Part shown: piece by piece, positions 43,601 to 51,932 of the stretch
Layout: each line of letters opens with the position of its first letter
Position numbering within the stretch: position 1 is the first letter of the stretch
Assembly (NCBI GenBank): GCA_024636935.1
Contig: JAGXGC010000004.1
Span: forward strand, 17,287-81,286
Direction: 5' to 3'
DNA: 64,000 bases
Origin: Sideroxydans sp.
GTDB taxonomy: Bacteria > Pseudomonadota > Gammaproteobacteria > Burkholderiales > Gallionellaceae
Notes under the pieces: generated by a model
What the model was told of the DNA's origin: nothing
Seen by the model: the letters and a program-made list of their open reading frames with translations, nothing else
Database searches by the model: none
Made by a program: the position numbers and the translations under genes

Positions 43601-46600
43601 TTGAGCATGTGCAGCGTCACCTGGCTGTGCGTCCATGCCAGATCGAAAGTACGGTCGGCCATGCGCACGCTCTGGTATTTCTCCACCTGCGCCAGTGCGC
43701 CTTCGCGATTCTCCGCCACGCCCAGCACCAAGTCGACGATGACCGTTTCATGTGCGCCCAAGGAGACCCTGCGCCGCAAAGAAACGATGGGGTCAAGCAC
43801 GGAGCCAACGGTATTGGACAAGGCATCGATGGTCTGCATCGCGGCTGGATTGGCCATACTGCCGCCGCGTCCGACGAAGCGCGCGCGATCGGTCTCGCAA
43901 GAAACGGCTTCCTGTTCATCCTCGCGACCCAACATCATATGCAGCAGACACGGCGGTTTTTCACTGTGCGAACGTGCACGACGCGTACACAGGATGGCGG
44001 ATGACTGTTGCACGAACTCGGTCTGCACGAACAGGTTGCTGAACGCAGGATGCGCCGAGTCGGCGGCAGGCGTTGCAAGCACGACTTCTGCATAACTGGT
44101 CAGCTCGATCACGCGCGGCGAGCTGGTACGGTTGGTGATGGTGATCCGCCGCAACTCGATATCGTCTTCCGGCGACACGCTGATCTCGGTGTGGGTCTCG
44201 ATGCCGGCATGTTGCTGGCGGAACTCCGCTCGCGACTGCGTGAAGATGGCTTCGTAACCCTTGGTCTTGAGCAAGGCGGGTTGATAGGCGGTGGACCAGA
44301 ACTCCCCCGACTCCACATCACGCAGATAGGCGAACATGCCCCAGCAATCACGCGTGGCATCTTCGCGCCAGCGGGTGACCGCGAGATCGCGCCAGCGACT
44401 GTAGCCGCCGCCCGCACTGCTGATGACCACGTGATAATTGCCGTTGGACAGCAGGTGGACTTCAGGCACTGCCGAAGCGGGATTGCGGAGGATGCGCATA
44501 CCGGTCTCGCTATTTCCGGATAGCACCTGGGATTTCTCCAATTTCAAATCACCGGAAAATACGCTGGCGATCGTTTTTGGAACGCGTTCCTGCAATAACA
44601 AGTCTGCCGCCTTGAGCATTGGACAGGCCATGAAGCGCCGTTGCATGGGATAGTTTTGCAACAGATTGGCCATTGCCAGCAGGCTGATGCCTTGATGGTG
44701 GGCCATATAGGAAAACACCGTGGCGCTGGATTCATCCGGCGGCAAACGCATCGGCGTGTAGTCCACCGCCTCATAGAAGCCGTATGCGCCTTTGCGCCCT
44801 TCGCTTGCCAACCGTTGCAGGTTCTCGCAGGCTGACAGTGGCGCGATCATCAGCGCCAATGCGCTGGCGTAAGGTGCGATCACCAAGTCGTCGGCCAGTC
44901 CACGTTTCAAACCCAGACCCGGCACACCGAACGCGCGATATTGGTAATTCATCTGCACATCGACGCGGTTGTAGCCAGATTCAGAGATACCCCAGGGCAC
45001 GCTGCGCGCATTGCCGTACTCGATCTGTTGCTGCACTGCCGCGCGACAACTGTGATCCAGCAAGGTCTTCTCGTAGTTGGGCATGACCAGCAGCGGCATC
45101 AGATATTCGAACATCGAGCCGCTCCAGGAAACCAGCACCGCTTCACCGCGCGAGGCGATGAGCAGTCGGCTCATGGAGAACCAGTGATCTTGCGGCACTT
45201 GCCCGAGGGCGATGGCGACATAGCTGCACAAGCGTGCCTCCGAGGCCAACAAGTCATAGAAGCTGGCGTCGCTGCGACTCTCGGCGACATTGAAACCGAT
45301 GGTGAACAGATTCCGTTCCTCATCGAACAAGAAGCTAAAGTCCATGACCGCCAGATCGTCGCTTTGTCTGGCCAGAGATTCCAGATCCTTCAGACGTTGC
45401 TTGGCATGCTCGACGGAATCCTGCAAACAGCGCGCTGTCTCAGTGTCGTCTGAGTCAGGGTTGGCCAGCATGGATATCTCGCGCAGGGTGAATCCCTGAT
45501 CAAAGCGCAAGCGCTCTTCGGCGGGCACGTCAGCAGCGCTCATGAAGTTCTCAACACTTAACCACGGTGCGATGAAGCGCAGATCTGCCAGATGCTCGTC
45601 GCAACTGTGCTGCAACATTTGACTCCATTGCTTCAGCTCATGCCCCCTGCTTTCGAGGGAGGTGGCGATCTTGTGCGCCAGGATAGACATCCTTTCCAGC
45701 AGCACATAGCCTTCGCGCAGCGTGACAGGCGGACTCGCCAATTTCGCTTCAAGCTGCAACAGCGACGCATTCTCTCCGGCCAGCCCCATGAGTACTTTCA
45801 GCGTGTCGTGCAATCCGGAAAATATCTGCGGTGTGTAGATAGGCTCGTCGGCCTGCTCTCTGAGCCCTGCTGCGAGCGTCAACAGATGTCCTGCCAGATT
45901 GCCGCTGTCCACGCTTGAAACATAAAGCGGATGCAGTGGTTGTAGTGTGCGCGTGTCGTACCAATTGAAATAATGACCGCGATGCTGTTCGAGTCTTTGC
46001 ATGGTCTCGAACGTGTCCTGTGTGCGCTGGATCAAGCGCCCCGCCGACAGGTAACCCAAATCACGCGCGGCCAGATTGGCCAGCAACGACAGCCCGATGT
46101 TCGTCGGTGAGGTGCGCGTGGCGATCACCGGCCTAGGGTCTTCCTGGAAATTGTCCGGCGGCAACCAGTTCTCTTCTGCGTTGACGAAGGTGTCAAAGAA
46201 GTGCCAGGTCTTGCGCGCGCTGACGCGCAGAAAACCCAGTTGCTCCGCGCTGAGATTTGCAGGAACCCGCTCGATCGGCCGACTGATCCACCATGCGATC
46301 GACGGTGAAACTAGCCATAGACCAAAAACCGGCAAGGCCGTTGCCAATAGCGTCGGCTGCATGAAGGCTAGGAATGATGCCGATGCCAGCGCAGTCACCG
46401 GGGATATCCACATGCGTACATAACAACTAGCCAGATCGTTGCGCGAGATCAGTTCAGAATCGCTCGACGTTCTCCATTCCAACAAGCGCTTGTGTGTTAC
46501 CAGTAAACGCAACAGCGTCCTGACGATCGCATCCATGCTGACGAACGCATCGTAGGGGAGAAAGGCCAGAGTAAGGAACATCTGTCCCAATTGGCGCGCG

Positions 46601-49254
46601 CCCGTTTCAGCAACGCCGCGCAAATGCATGGACCATGTCAGATCCGCCGGTTTGCGAAATGCGCTGCTCAGCGCCAGCAATCCGGGAAAGGCGATGATGA
46701 TGAGAACCAGCAACGGCCCCAGTCCGCCCAGTTTCGGGAACAGCAGCCATGAGCTGAGCAACAGCAGAATCAGTGCGACCGGCACCAGGCTGCGCCTGAG
46801 GTTGTCGAGTATCTTCCATTGTGACAGCACGGAAAGCGGATTGGCGATGCGGCCAGCCGCAGAACCGGGAACACGTGGCAACAGCCATTGTGTGATCTGC
46901 CAATCGCCGCGTATCCAACGGTGACGCCTGTCGACATCGACGTTATAGCGGGAAGGATATTCCTCGAAGAATTCCACATCGCTCACCAGCGCGGAACGGG
47001 CATGACACGCTTCCAGCAGATCATGGCTGAGGATGGTGTTTTCCGGGAAGCGATCGTGCATGGCACGCTCAAAGGCATCCACGTCATAGATGCCCTTGCC
47101 GATATACGAACCTTCCTGAAACACATCCTGATACACGTCCGATACTTCGCGTGTGTACGGATCGATGCCGGCATCGCTGGCGAAGATGCGCACGAACCAA
47201 GATCTTCGAGCGCTGGGCAGACTGACCCCCACGCGCGGTTGCAGGATGCTGTAGCCAGTGGTGACGATGCCGCGCTTTTCATCGAACACCGGATGGTTCA
47301 AGGGATGGGCCATCGTCCCCACGAGCTGGCGTGCAGCATCGCGCGGTAGCTGGGTATCGGTGTCGAGTGTGATGACATACTTGATGGAAGACAAGATAGC
47401 CGTCTCGCCCACGATCTCGGAAAAGCATTCACGCGACCCGCCACGCAGCAGCGCATTGAACGCCATGAGCTTGCCGCGCTTGCGCTCATAACCCATCCAC
47501 ACACCTTCTGCGTCGTTCCAGAGACGTGGACGGTGCAGCAGAAAGAACTGTGAATCATTTCCTGCGGGATACTTCTGGTTCAGCATCTCGATCCCGTCTT
47601 TCGCCCGCTGTTGCAGCGCCTGATCACCGGGCAAGATCTCTTCCGTCGCATCCGTAAAGTCCGTCAGCAAAGCGAAATGTAGATAGCGATCCCGGTTCGC
47701 GAGATGGTGTATCTCCAATGTCTCGATGAGACGGTCGACGCCAGCCGGGCTGGTCAACATGGTTGGCACGACCACCATGCTGCGACAAGCGGGGGCGATG
47801 CCGGATGAGTAATCCAGCCGTGGTAACAGACTGGGTTTAACCAGCAGCGTGGACAGCCAATTCATCAGCGACACGGCCAGTTGGCTGGTGCACAGGAGTG
47901 TCACAAGAACGAGAACGGCCAGCTCCCATCCCGGCAAGGCCAGCATCTCTGCCTGCCACACGAACAGGGATGTCGCGAGCAAGGTCGTGGTCACGATGCC
48001 GCCCGCATAATAGGTGAGCGGAAAACGACGGATGCCGCGTTCGATGACTGTACGCCAGGGCCACTGTACTTGCGCCATGCGCCAAAGTATCGATTGGCCT
48101 TTGTCGATCAGATAGAAGCCCACATGCGCATTCCGTTCATGTTCACCTGTCTCAAGCGCGCTGTCAGCGGCAAGTTGCACGGCCCTTAGCGCAACCTCCG
48201 CCTCCGGCAACGCGCTGTGGCGTGAGATGGATTCCACCGCATGGCGGTAACGGTCGCGGGTGGCAAAATCCATCTTGCTGTAAACATCAGCAGGATCGGT
48301 GCGCAGAATCTGCTCGACTAGGCTCAGGGACTCGACGAACACCTTCCAGTCCATGGCACTCAGCAAGCGCAGACTGGCAATGCTGTGGCTGACGGACACC
48401 CGGTCCGCTGCCTGATTCTGACTTTCTTGTTGAACCAGATGCTCGACGGTCGAACCTTGCTCGATGACACGCTGTTCGAGCCAACTGCGCGCGAGATGCA
48501 AGGCCGGACTTTGCCGCGACAAGCGCTGGCTGAATTCCGCCACGAACGAACTGCTCAAAGTCGTTTCCGACTTCGCCATCTCGGCCACCACGATGACCAG
48601 GTGAGACGGGTTCTTCTCCGCCATACTTTGCAAACGATCCATCCACACCGTCGCCAGATCGCTATCCGCACGGGCGATAGTCAGACGGCTGGCAACGCGC
48701 TGTAGATTCTCCAGCAAGCCAAGTCGCAGCATGATTGGAATGGCCCACAACTCGCCTAACTGCAGGGATTCCACCGTTTGGTATGCGGCGATGAAGGCAA
48801 CGAGCGGCTCCGAATCGATCTGTGCGTCCACATGCGAGATCAGTTCATGCACGATGTCGTAAACACGCGGCAGTCCGCTGGATGGACCATTCAAGAGGCG
48901 AGGCAACCCACGGCTATAGCTACGTGGCAGATGCCGTCTGGCGATCTGGATCTGCTCTTCGATCAAATAGAAGTTATCCAGCAGCCATTCCGCAGCAGGT
49001 GTGACACGATCGCCCGCGCTGATGTCGAGCGTCGATTGATTGAAGTCTCTTAGGATCGCCTCGTTTTGAACGAGTCTGTCCAACAGACCGTTAGCCCCCC
49101 TCAGGGTGACGACCTGATGAGATTCGGCGATCGCCTTCGCATGCCGAGCCAATTGTTCGATGCTGAATAATTCCGAGCGCAAAGGTGCAGCGCCCGTGTC
49201 GTGACTTGTTTTTCTGCTGAGCCAAGTTTGCACGCGTATGGGAAGAGGCTGCAT
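40633..49254 (-). CDS. cgs: Cyclic beta-1,2-glucan synthase (GT84 + transglycosylase region + GH94 phosphorylase)
   Basis: 2873 aa; GYERKRGK, TLDTDT, GKGIYD, LSHDLLE, RRHRWIRGDWQ, WSGSMFEYLMP, GAYGFRDQLQD, GDWNDGMN, ENGGQYTH and WYTGSAGW. Confidence 0.95.
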   Translation of the reverse strand: MQPLPIRVQTWLSRKTSHDTGAAPLRSELFSIEQLARHAKAIAESHQVVTLRGANGLLDRLVQNEAILRDFNQSTLDISAGDRVTPAAEWLLDNFYLIEEQIQIARRHLPRSYSRGLPRLLNGPSSGLPRVYDIVHELISHVDAQIDSEPLVAFIAAYQTVESLQLGELWAIPIMLRLGLLENLQRVASRLTIARADSDLATVWMDRLQSMAEKNPSHLVIVVAEMAKSETTLSSSFVAEFSQRLSRQSPALHLARSWLEQRVIEQGSTVEHLVQQESQNQAADRVSVSHSIASLRLLSAMDWKVFVESLSLVEQILRTDPADVYSKMDFATRDRYRHAVESISRHSALPEAEVALRAVQLAADSALETGEHERNAHVGFYLIDKGQSILWRMAQVQWPWRTVIERGIRRFPLTYYAGGIVTTTLLATSLFVWQAEMLALPGWELAVLVLVTLLCTSQLAVSLMNWLSTLLVKPSLLPRLDYSSGIAPACRSMVVVPTMLTSPAGVDRLIETLEIHHLANRDRYLHFALLTDFTDATEEILPGDQALQQRAKDGIEMLNQKYPAGNDSQFFLLHRPRLWNDAEGVWMGYERKRGKLMAFNALLRGGSRECFSEIVGETAILSSIKYVITLDTDTQLPRDAARQLVGTMAHPLNHPVFDEKRGIVTTGYSILQPRVGVSLPSARRSWFVRIFASDAGIDPYTREVSDVYQDVFQEGSYIGKGIYDVDAFERAMHDRFPENTILSHDLLEACHARSALVSDVEFFEEYPSRYNVDVDRRHRWIRGDWQITQWLLPRVPGSAAGRIANPLSVLSQWKILDNLRRSLVPVALILLLLSSWLLFPKLGGLGPLLVLIIIAFPGLLALSSAFRKPADLTWSMHLRGVAETGARQLGQMFLTLAFLPYDAFVSMDAIVRTLLRLLVTHKRLLEWRTSSDSELISRNDLASCYVRMWISPVTALASASFLAFMQPTLLATALPVFGLWLVSPSIAWWISRPIERVPANLSAEQLGFLRVSARKTWHFFDTFVNAEENWLPPDNFQEDPRPVIATRTSPTNIGLSLLANLAARDLGYLSAGRLIQRTQDTFETMQRLEQHRGHYFNWYDTRTLQPLHPLYVSSVDSGNLAGHLLTLAAGLREQADEPIYTPQIFSGLHDTLKVLMGLAGENASLLQLEAKLASPPVTLREGYVLLERMSILAHKIATSLESRGHELKQWSQMLQHSCDEHLADLRFIAPWLSVENFMSAADVPAEERLRFDQGFTLREISMLANPDSDDTETARCLQDSVEHAKQRLKDLESLARQSDDLAVMDFSFLFDEERNLFTIGFNVAESRSDASFYDLLASEARLCSYVAIALGQVPQDHWFSMSRLLIASRGEAVLVSWSGSMFEYLMPLLVMPNYEKTLLDHSCRAAVQQQIEYGNARSVPWGISESGYNRVDVQMNYQYRAFGVPGLGLKRGLADDLVIAPYASALALMIAPLSACENLQRLASEGRKGAYGFYEAVDYTPMRLPPDESSATVFSYMAHHQGISLLAMANLLQNYPMQRRFMACPMLKAADLLLQERVPKTIASVFSGDLKLEKSQVLSGNSETGMRILRNPASAVPEVHLLSNGNYHVVISSAGGGYSRWRDLAVTRWREDATRDCWGMFAYLRDVESGEFWSTAYQPALLKTKGYEAIFTQSRAEFRQQHAGIETHTEISVSPEDDIELRRITITNRTSSPRVIELTSYAEVVLATPAADSAHPAFSNLFVQTEFVQQSSAILCTRRARSHSEKPPCLLHMMLGREDEQEAVSCETDRARFVGRGGSMANPAAMQTIDALSNTVGSVLDPIVSLRRRVSLGAHETVIVDLVLGVAENREGALAQVEKYQSVRMADRTFDLAWTHSQVTLHMLNASEAEAQLYAKLAGALIYADPARRASPAVLRGNRRGQSGLWSYGISGDSPLVLLRISDTEKIELVRQVIKAHAYWRTKGLTVELVILNEDVSVYRQSLHDTITSLISSSGEAQMLDQPGGIFVRRVEQVSSDDIVLLQSAARIVLDDEKGSLAEQMEPHAVVEPPIPALIPTRSGLAELPASLAQRELTFANGLGGFTRDGHEYVITLQPGQVTPAPWVNVLTNPYFGTVVSESGAAYTWVENAHEFRLTPWHNDPVQDSAGEAIYIRDEQTGHYWSPTPGPARGRTPYVIRHGFGYSVFEHTENGIVSELWVYVAMDAPVKLSVLKLRNVSGHARRISVTGYCEWVLGDSRHKNLLHVQTEVDLKTGALLARNHYNTDYSGRIVFMDVNDSTRTLTGDRKEFIGRNGNLSHPAALKRARLSGKFGAGLDPCGAIQVTFNLAVGEKRETTFRLGVGRNPTEVHELIRRFRKVDASRIALEGVWEYWNRTLGAVNVDTPDPAVNVMANGWLLYQTLSSRLWGRSGFYQSGGAYGFRDQLQDVMALMHAEPALTREHLLRAAAHQFREGDVQHWWHPPAGRGVRTHFSDDYLWLPFVTCRYVKSVADSGVLDESIPFLESRPLKPDEEAFYDLPNRTEDAATLYQHCVRAIERGLRFGEHGLPLMGCGDWNDGMNLVGIKGRGESVWLAFFLYDVLSQFAELARTRNDHDFAERCVTQAKQLQQNIEQHAWDGKWYRRAWFDNGEMLGSHSSPECQIDSLPQSWSVISGAGDVHRSGQAMNAVDQHLVHRDTGLIQLFDPPFDKSALDPGYIKGYIPGVRENGGQYTHGGIWAAMAFALMGDHERAWELVTLLNPVNHTSTAEQIATYKVEPYVIAADVYAVTPHTGRGGWTWYTGSAGWMYRLLIETMLGVNREGDQLRLTPRMPQSWSSYKIHYRFRQTIYHITITQLDAQIGDADRLVLDGNALAAQTIPLVDDHQEHFVEMKVSKL

Positions 49255-49308
49255 TTTTTTGATTTCCGTTTGAAGGCGGAAACCTTACATTCCATCGCCG
49301 CCCCTATC

Positions 49309-49324
49309 TGTGCGCAAGCGAACC
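49309..49324. promoter_or_regulatory. CRP-like site TGTGC-N6-GAACC upstream of cgs
   Basis: Seen ~55 bp upstream of the cgs start; the right half-site is imperfect. Confidence 0.45.
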
Positions 49325-49463
49325 GACGAGCACGAGTTCAACCGCGAAAGCAGTTGGTCTGGATGCAGCCCCTATTAATTTCCACTGCTGAATGGCCGCT
49401 TTGCGGCGATGAGAAATAATGGGTAAAGTTCGGCTGTCGGCCAATTTGAGACACTTGGCGCAC

Positions 49464-49517
49464 GCCGCACTATTTTTAAAACTACGGACCGGTGCGTCCG
49501 TCTAATAACTGTTGGGC
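49464..49517 (+). mobile_element. Degenerate attC-like site ending in the core GTTGGGC
   Basis: gccgcac...acggac-cggtgc-gtccgt-ctaataact-GTTGGGC; the core complements the GCCCAAT found after the next ORF. Confidence 0.5.
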
Positions 49518-49536
49518 TTACTGAAAAGGATTGTGA

Positions 49537-49908
49537 ATGCTCAAGTCCTCGCTGATTCTAATGTTCTCACTGTACTCGTGTCTTTCCTTGGCAGATACGG
49601 CTGTATGCACTGTCCAAATTCAAGAAGTTACATCTGGCGTTAAACAGAAAATTGAACATGCCTTTACTTTTAAGCCTGGCTCGAATGAAGCACAAATAAA
49701 ACAGTTTGAACTCCGTGATAGTTCGTTCACTTGTAGATTGGCATTCTTCAATCTGAATAGTGGCACTATGTTGTCGTGCGAATTTGACGAATCAGGACAT
49801 GATTTTGTGCAATCCGATCGCAGCGCTATCAATGAGAATCAATCAAAAAATAATTTAAGTTTTCGTTATAAAACTGTGTTTTATGCTCTGGAATCAGCAT
49901 GCAAATAA
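49537..49908 (+). CDS. Integron cassette ORF 1, putative secreted hypothetical protein
   Basis: AAGGA RBS, signal-peptide-like N-terminus, several Cys, AT-rich; the stop abuts an attC. Confidence 0.8.
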   Translation: MLKSSLILMFSLYSCLSLADTAVCTVQIQEVTSGVKQKIEHAFTFKPGSNEAQIKQFELRDSSFTCRLAFFNLNSGTMLSCEFDESGHDFVQSDRSAINENQSKNNLSFRYKTVFYALESACK

Positions 49909-49909
49909 T

Positions 49910-49972
49910 GCCCAATCCAGCAATCGAGAGAGACTGCGCAATAGCGCGCAGCACCTCACTTTTACTTTGGGG
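49910..49972 (+). mobile_element. attC site (slightly degenerate)
   Basis: GCCCAAT...atcgagag...tgcgc-aata-gcgcgca...cctcacttttac-TTTGGGG, 63 bp; the crossover G of the GTT core appears replaced by T. Confidence 0.72.
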
Positions 49973-49983
49973 TTCATAACACA

Positions 49984-50706
49984 ATGCCACTTCCGCCACC
50001 GCCCCCAAACTGGGAAGCAAACGAGATATCGAGGTTTTTCGATGCGGCACGTGCCAATGAATTTGCCACGTTTGAAAACCTGACAGAGGATGTTGCACGT
50101 CTCTCTGACATCGATCTTGGGTATCGGAAAGCAATAGAAGGGGTAAATCATTCCAAAGACTGGTTTGCCGGATTCTTCTTGCTACGGGCGCACTCCAATT
50201 TTCTGGCTGCTTGTCGGCTTTGTTGGAGCGCTCAAATTCCAGAGAGCTACGCCATTCTTCGGTCTTGCCTAGAAAATGCTCTCTACGGCCTATATCTAGC
50301 CGAGCATCCAGAATCTCGCGAAACTTGGTTGCGGCGCCAAGATGATGCTGCATCTAAGCAGAGGGTAAAAGATGAATTCAAGGTCGGAGCGATGCTAAAG
50401 CTTGCTACCAAGATGGACGCTACCGAAGGTGGTATCGCGAAAATTCTTTATGAGCAAACCATTGATGCGGGCGCACACCCAAACGAATTGGCTCTTATGC
50501 AGACGCTACAGATTACCGAGAGCGACGATAAAATCGAGTTTAAGAGCAACTACCTTGACCAAGATACTGTTGCGCTAAGGGCCGCATTAAAGACAACGGC
50601 ACAAGTTGGCGTTTGCGCTCTGTCACTGTTTCGGGTGATCTATCCAGAACGCTTTGCCATCATGGGCGTGACCGACTTACTGCGTCATGTGAAGATGGGC
50701 CTATGA
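49984..50706 (+). CDS. Integron cassette ORF 2, helical protein with HEPN/DUF5677-like features
   Basis: ILRSCLENALY and LYEQTIDAGAHPN motifs; bounded by attC sites. The family call is tentative. Confidence 0.75.
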   Translation: MPLPPPPPNWEANEISRFFDAARANEFATFENLTEDVARLSDIDLGYRKAIEGVNHSKDWFAGFFLLRAHSNFLAACRLCWSAQIPESYAILRSCLENALYGLYLAEHPESRETWLRRQDDAASKQRVKDEFKVGAMLKLATKMDATEGGIAKILYEQTIDAGAHPNELALMQTLQITESDDKIEFKSNYLDQDTVALRAALKTTAQVGVCALSLFRVIYPERFAIMGVTDLLRHVKMGL

Positions 50707-50707
50707 G

Positions 50708-50773
50708 ACCCAACCTGACAGTCGAGCTGACCTCCGCGAGAAGTCGCGCAGGCCGCTCACTTCCACGTTGAGT
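50708..50773 (+). mobile_element. attC site
   Basis: ACCCAAC-ctgaca-gtcgagctgacct-ccgcgagaagtcgcgc-aggccgctcac-ttccac-GTTGAGT, 66 bp; R''/R' and L''/L' arms pair with extrahelical bases. Confidence 0.85.
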
Positions 50774-51014
50774 GGATCTCGACTGTCTCTTATGGGTTAG
50801 TTTCTACCGGCCACCAGTGTCCGTTTTCAGGCATTACAACAATCAGGTCGGAATTTCTAATATTCCCCAAAGCTGATTTTAAAAAGCCATTTCCGGACAC
50901 CCATAAAAAAATGGCTCGCAACGGGGGGGCCGTTGCGAGCCAGATCACATCAGATATCCATAAAGGGGAGGATGAATATCTGAATTCACTATCTGCCCCA
51001 TTTAGCAATGTTTC

Positions 51015-51030
51015 CGTGCGCTGCCGCACA
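51015..51030. promoter_or_regulatory. CRP-like palindrome CGTGC-N6-GCACA upstream of the Crp/Fnr gene
   Basis: Seen ~140 bp upstream of 51168; candidate autoregulatory site. Confidence 0.6.
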
Positions 51031-51167
51031 TACCCCACTGTCACAAGCCTACATACTTCATCTCTGAATCTTCTATCGGTGTATAACCGAACAATGATTC
51101 GCAGCTCTTTGTTTATCTGCGGCTTATCTGTATAAACATCTACAGCTGCAAAACCGAAGTCAACAAA

Positions 51168-51923
51168 ATGGGCACTATCACTTCCATATCTTATGCGCCT
51201 AAGCAAAATCACTTACTCGCGGCTTTGCCGGGAGAAGTGTTCGAGCGCATTTCCCCCCATCTGGAGCTCACAAAGATGCCCCTTGGGGAGGTACTTTATG
51301 AATCCAGCGGCTTATTGCAGCACGTCTATTTCCCAGTCGATGCCATCGTATCTTTGCATTACGTGATGGAGAACGGATCATCCGCCGAGATCGCCGGCGT
51401 CGGGAACGAAGGTGTACTCGGTGTCTCACTATTCATGGGGGGTAACACCACACCCAGCCTAGCCACAGTGCAAACATCTGGCTACGGCTATCGAATAAGT
51501 GCCAAGTTGATGATGGATGAATTCAATCGCGCCGGCCCGTTGATGCGTTTGATGTTGCGTTACACCCAAGCCTTGATCACCCAAATGTCGCAGACTGCCG
51601 TGTGCAATCGTCATCATTCAGTCGAGCAGCAGCTATGTCGCTGGTTGCTGCTGACACTTGACCGTCTGCCGACTTCAGAATTGACCATGACGCAAGAACT
51701 CATCGCCAGCATGTTGGGGGTGAGGCGCGAAGGCATTACCGAAGCGGCAGGAAAGTTGCAGCGAGAAGGACTCATCAGTTACCGTCGCGGTCACATCACC
51801 GTCCTCGATCGAGTGGGATTGGAACGTCACGCCTGCGAATGTTATGGGGTCGTAAGAAAAGAATTACACCGCTTACTCGATGGTACGGGCGAAGTCAGCC
51901 AGTATCAGATCAACTGCAAATAA
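51168..51923 (+). CDS. Crp/Fnr family transcriptional regulator
   Basis: QNHLLAAL, VGNEG, CNRHHSVEQQLCRWLL and HTH TQELIASMLGVRREGITEAAGKLQ. Confidence 0.95.
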   Translation: MGTITSISYAPKQNHLLAALPGEVFERISPHLELTKMPLGEVLYESSGLLQHVYFPVDAIVSLHYVMENGSSAEIAGVGNEGVLGVSLFMGGNTTPSLATVQTSGYGYRISAKLMMDEFNRAGPLMRLMLRYTQALITQMSQTAVCNRHHSVEQQLCRWLLLTLDRLPTSELTMTQELIASMLGVRREGITEAAGKLQREGLISYRRGHITVLDRVGLERHACECYGVVRKELHRLLDGTGEVSQYQINCK

Positions 51924-51932
51924 GGAATCGCA

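Noticed and set aside
49829-50353. 174 aa minus-strand ORF
   Set aside because: It crosses an attC site and is antisense to both cassette ORFs.
50790-51212. 140 aa minus-strand ORF between the last attC and crp
   Set aside because: No recognisable motif; it overlaps the crp start and the putative promoter/box region. I cannot support it as a gene or as an integrase remnant.
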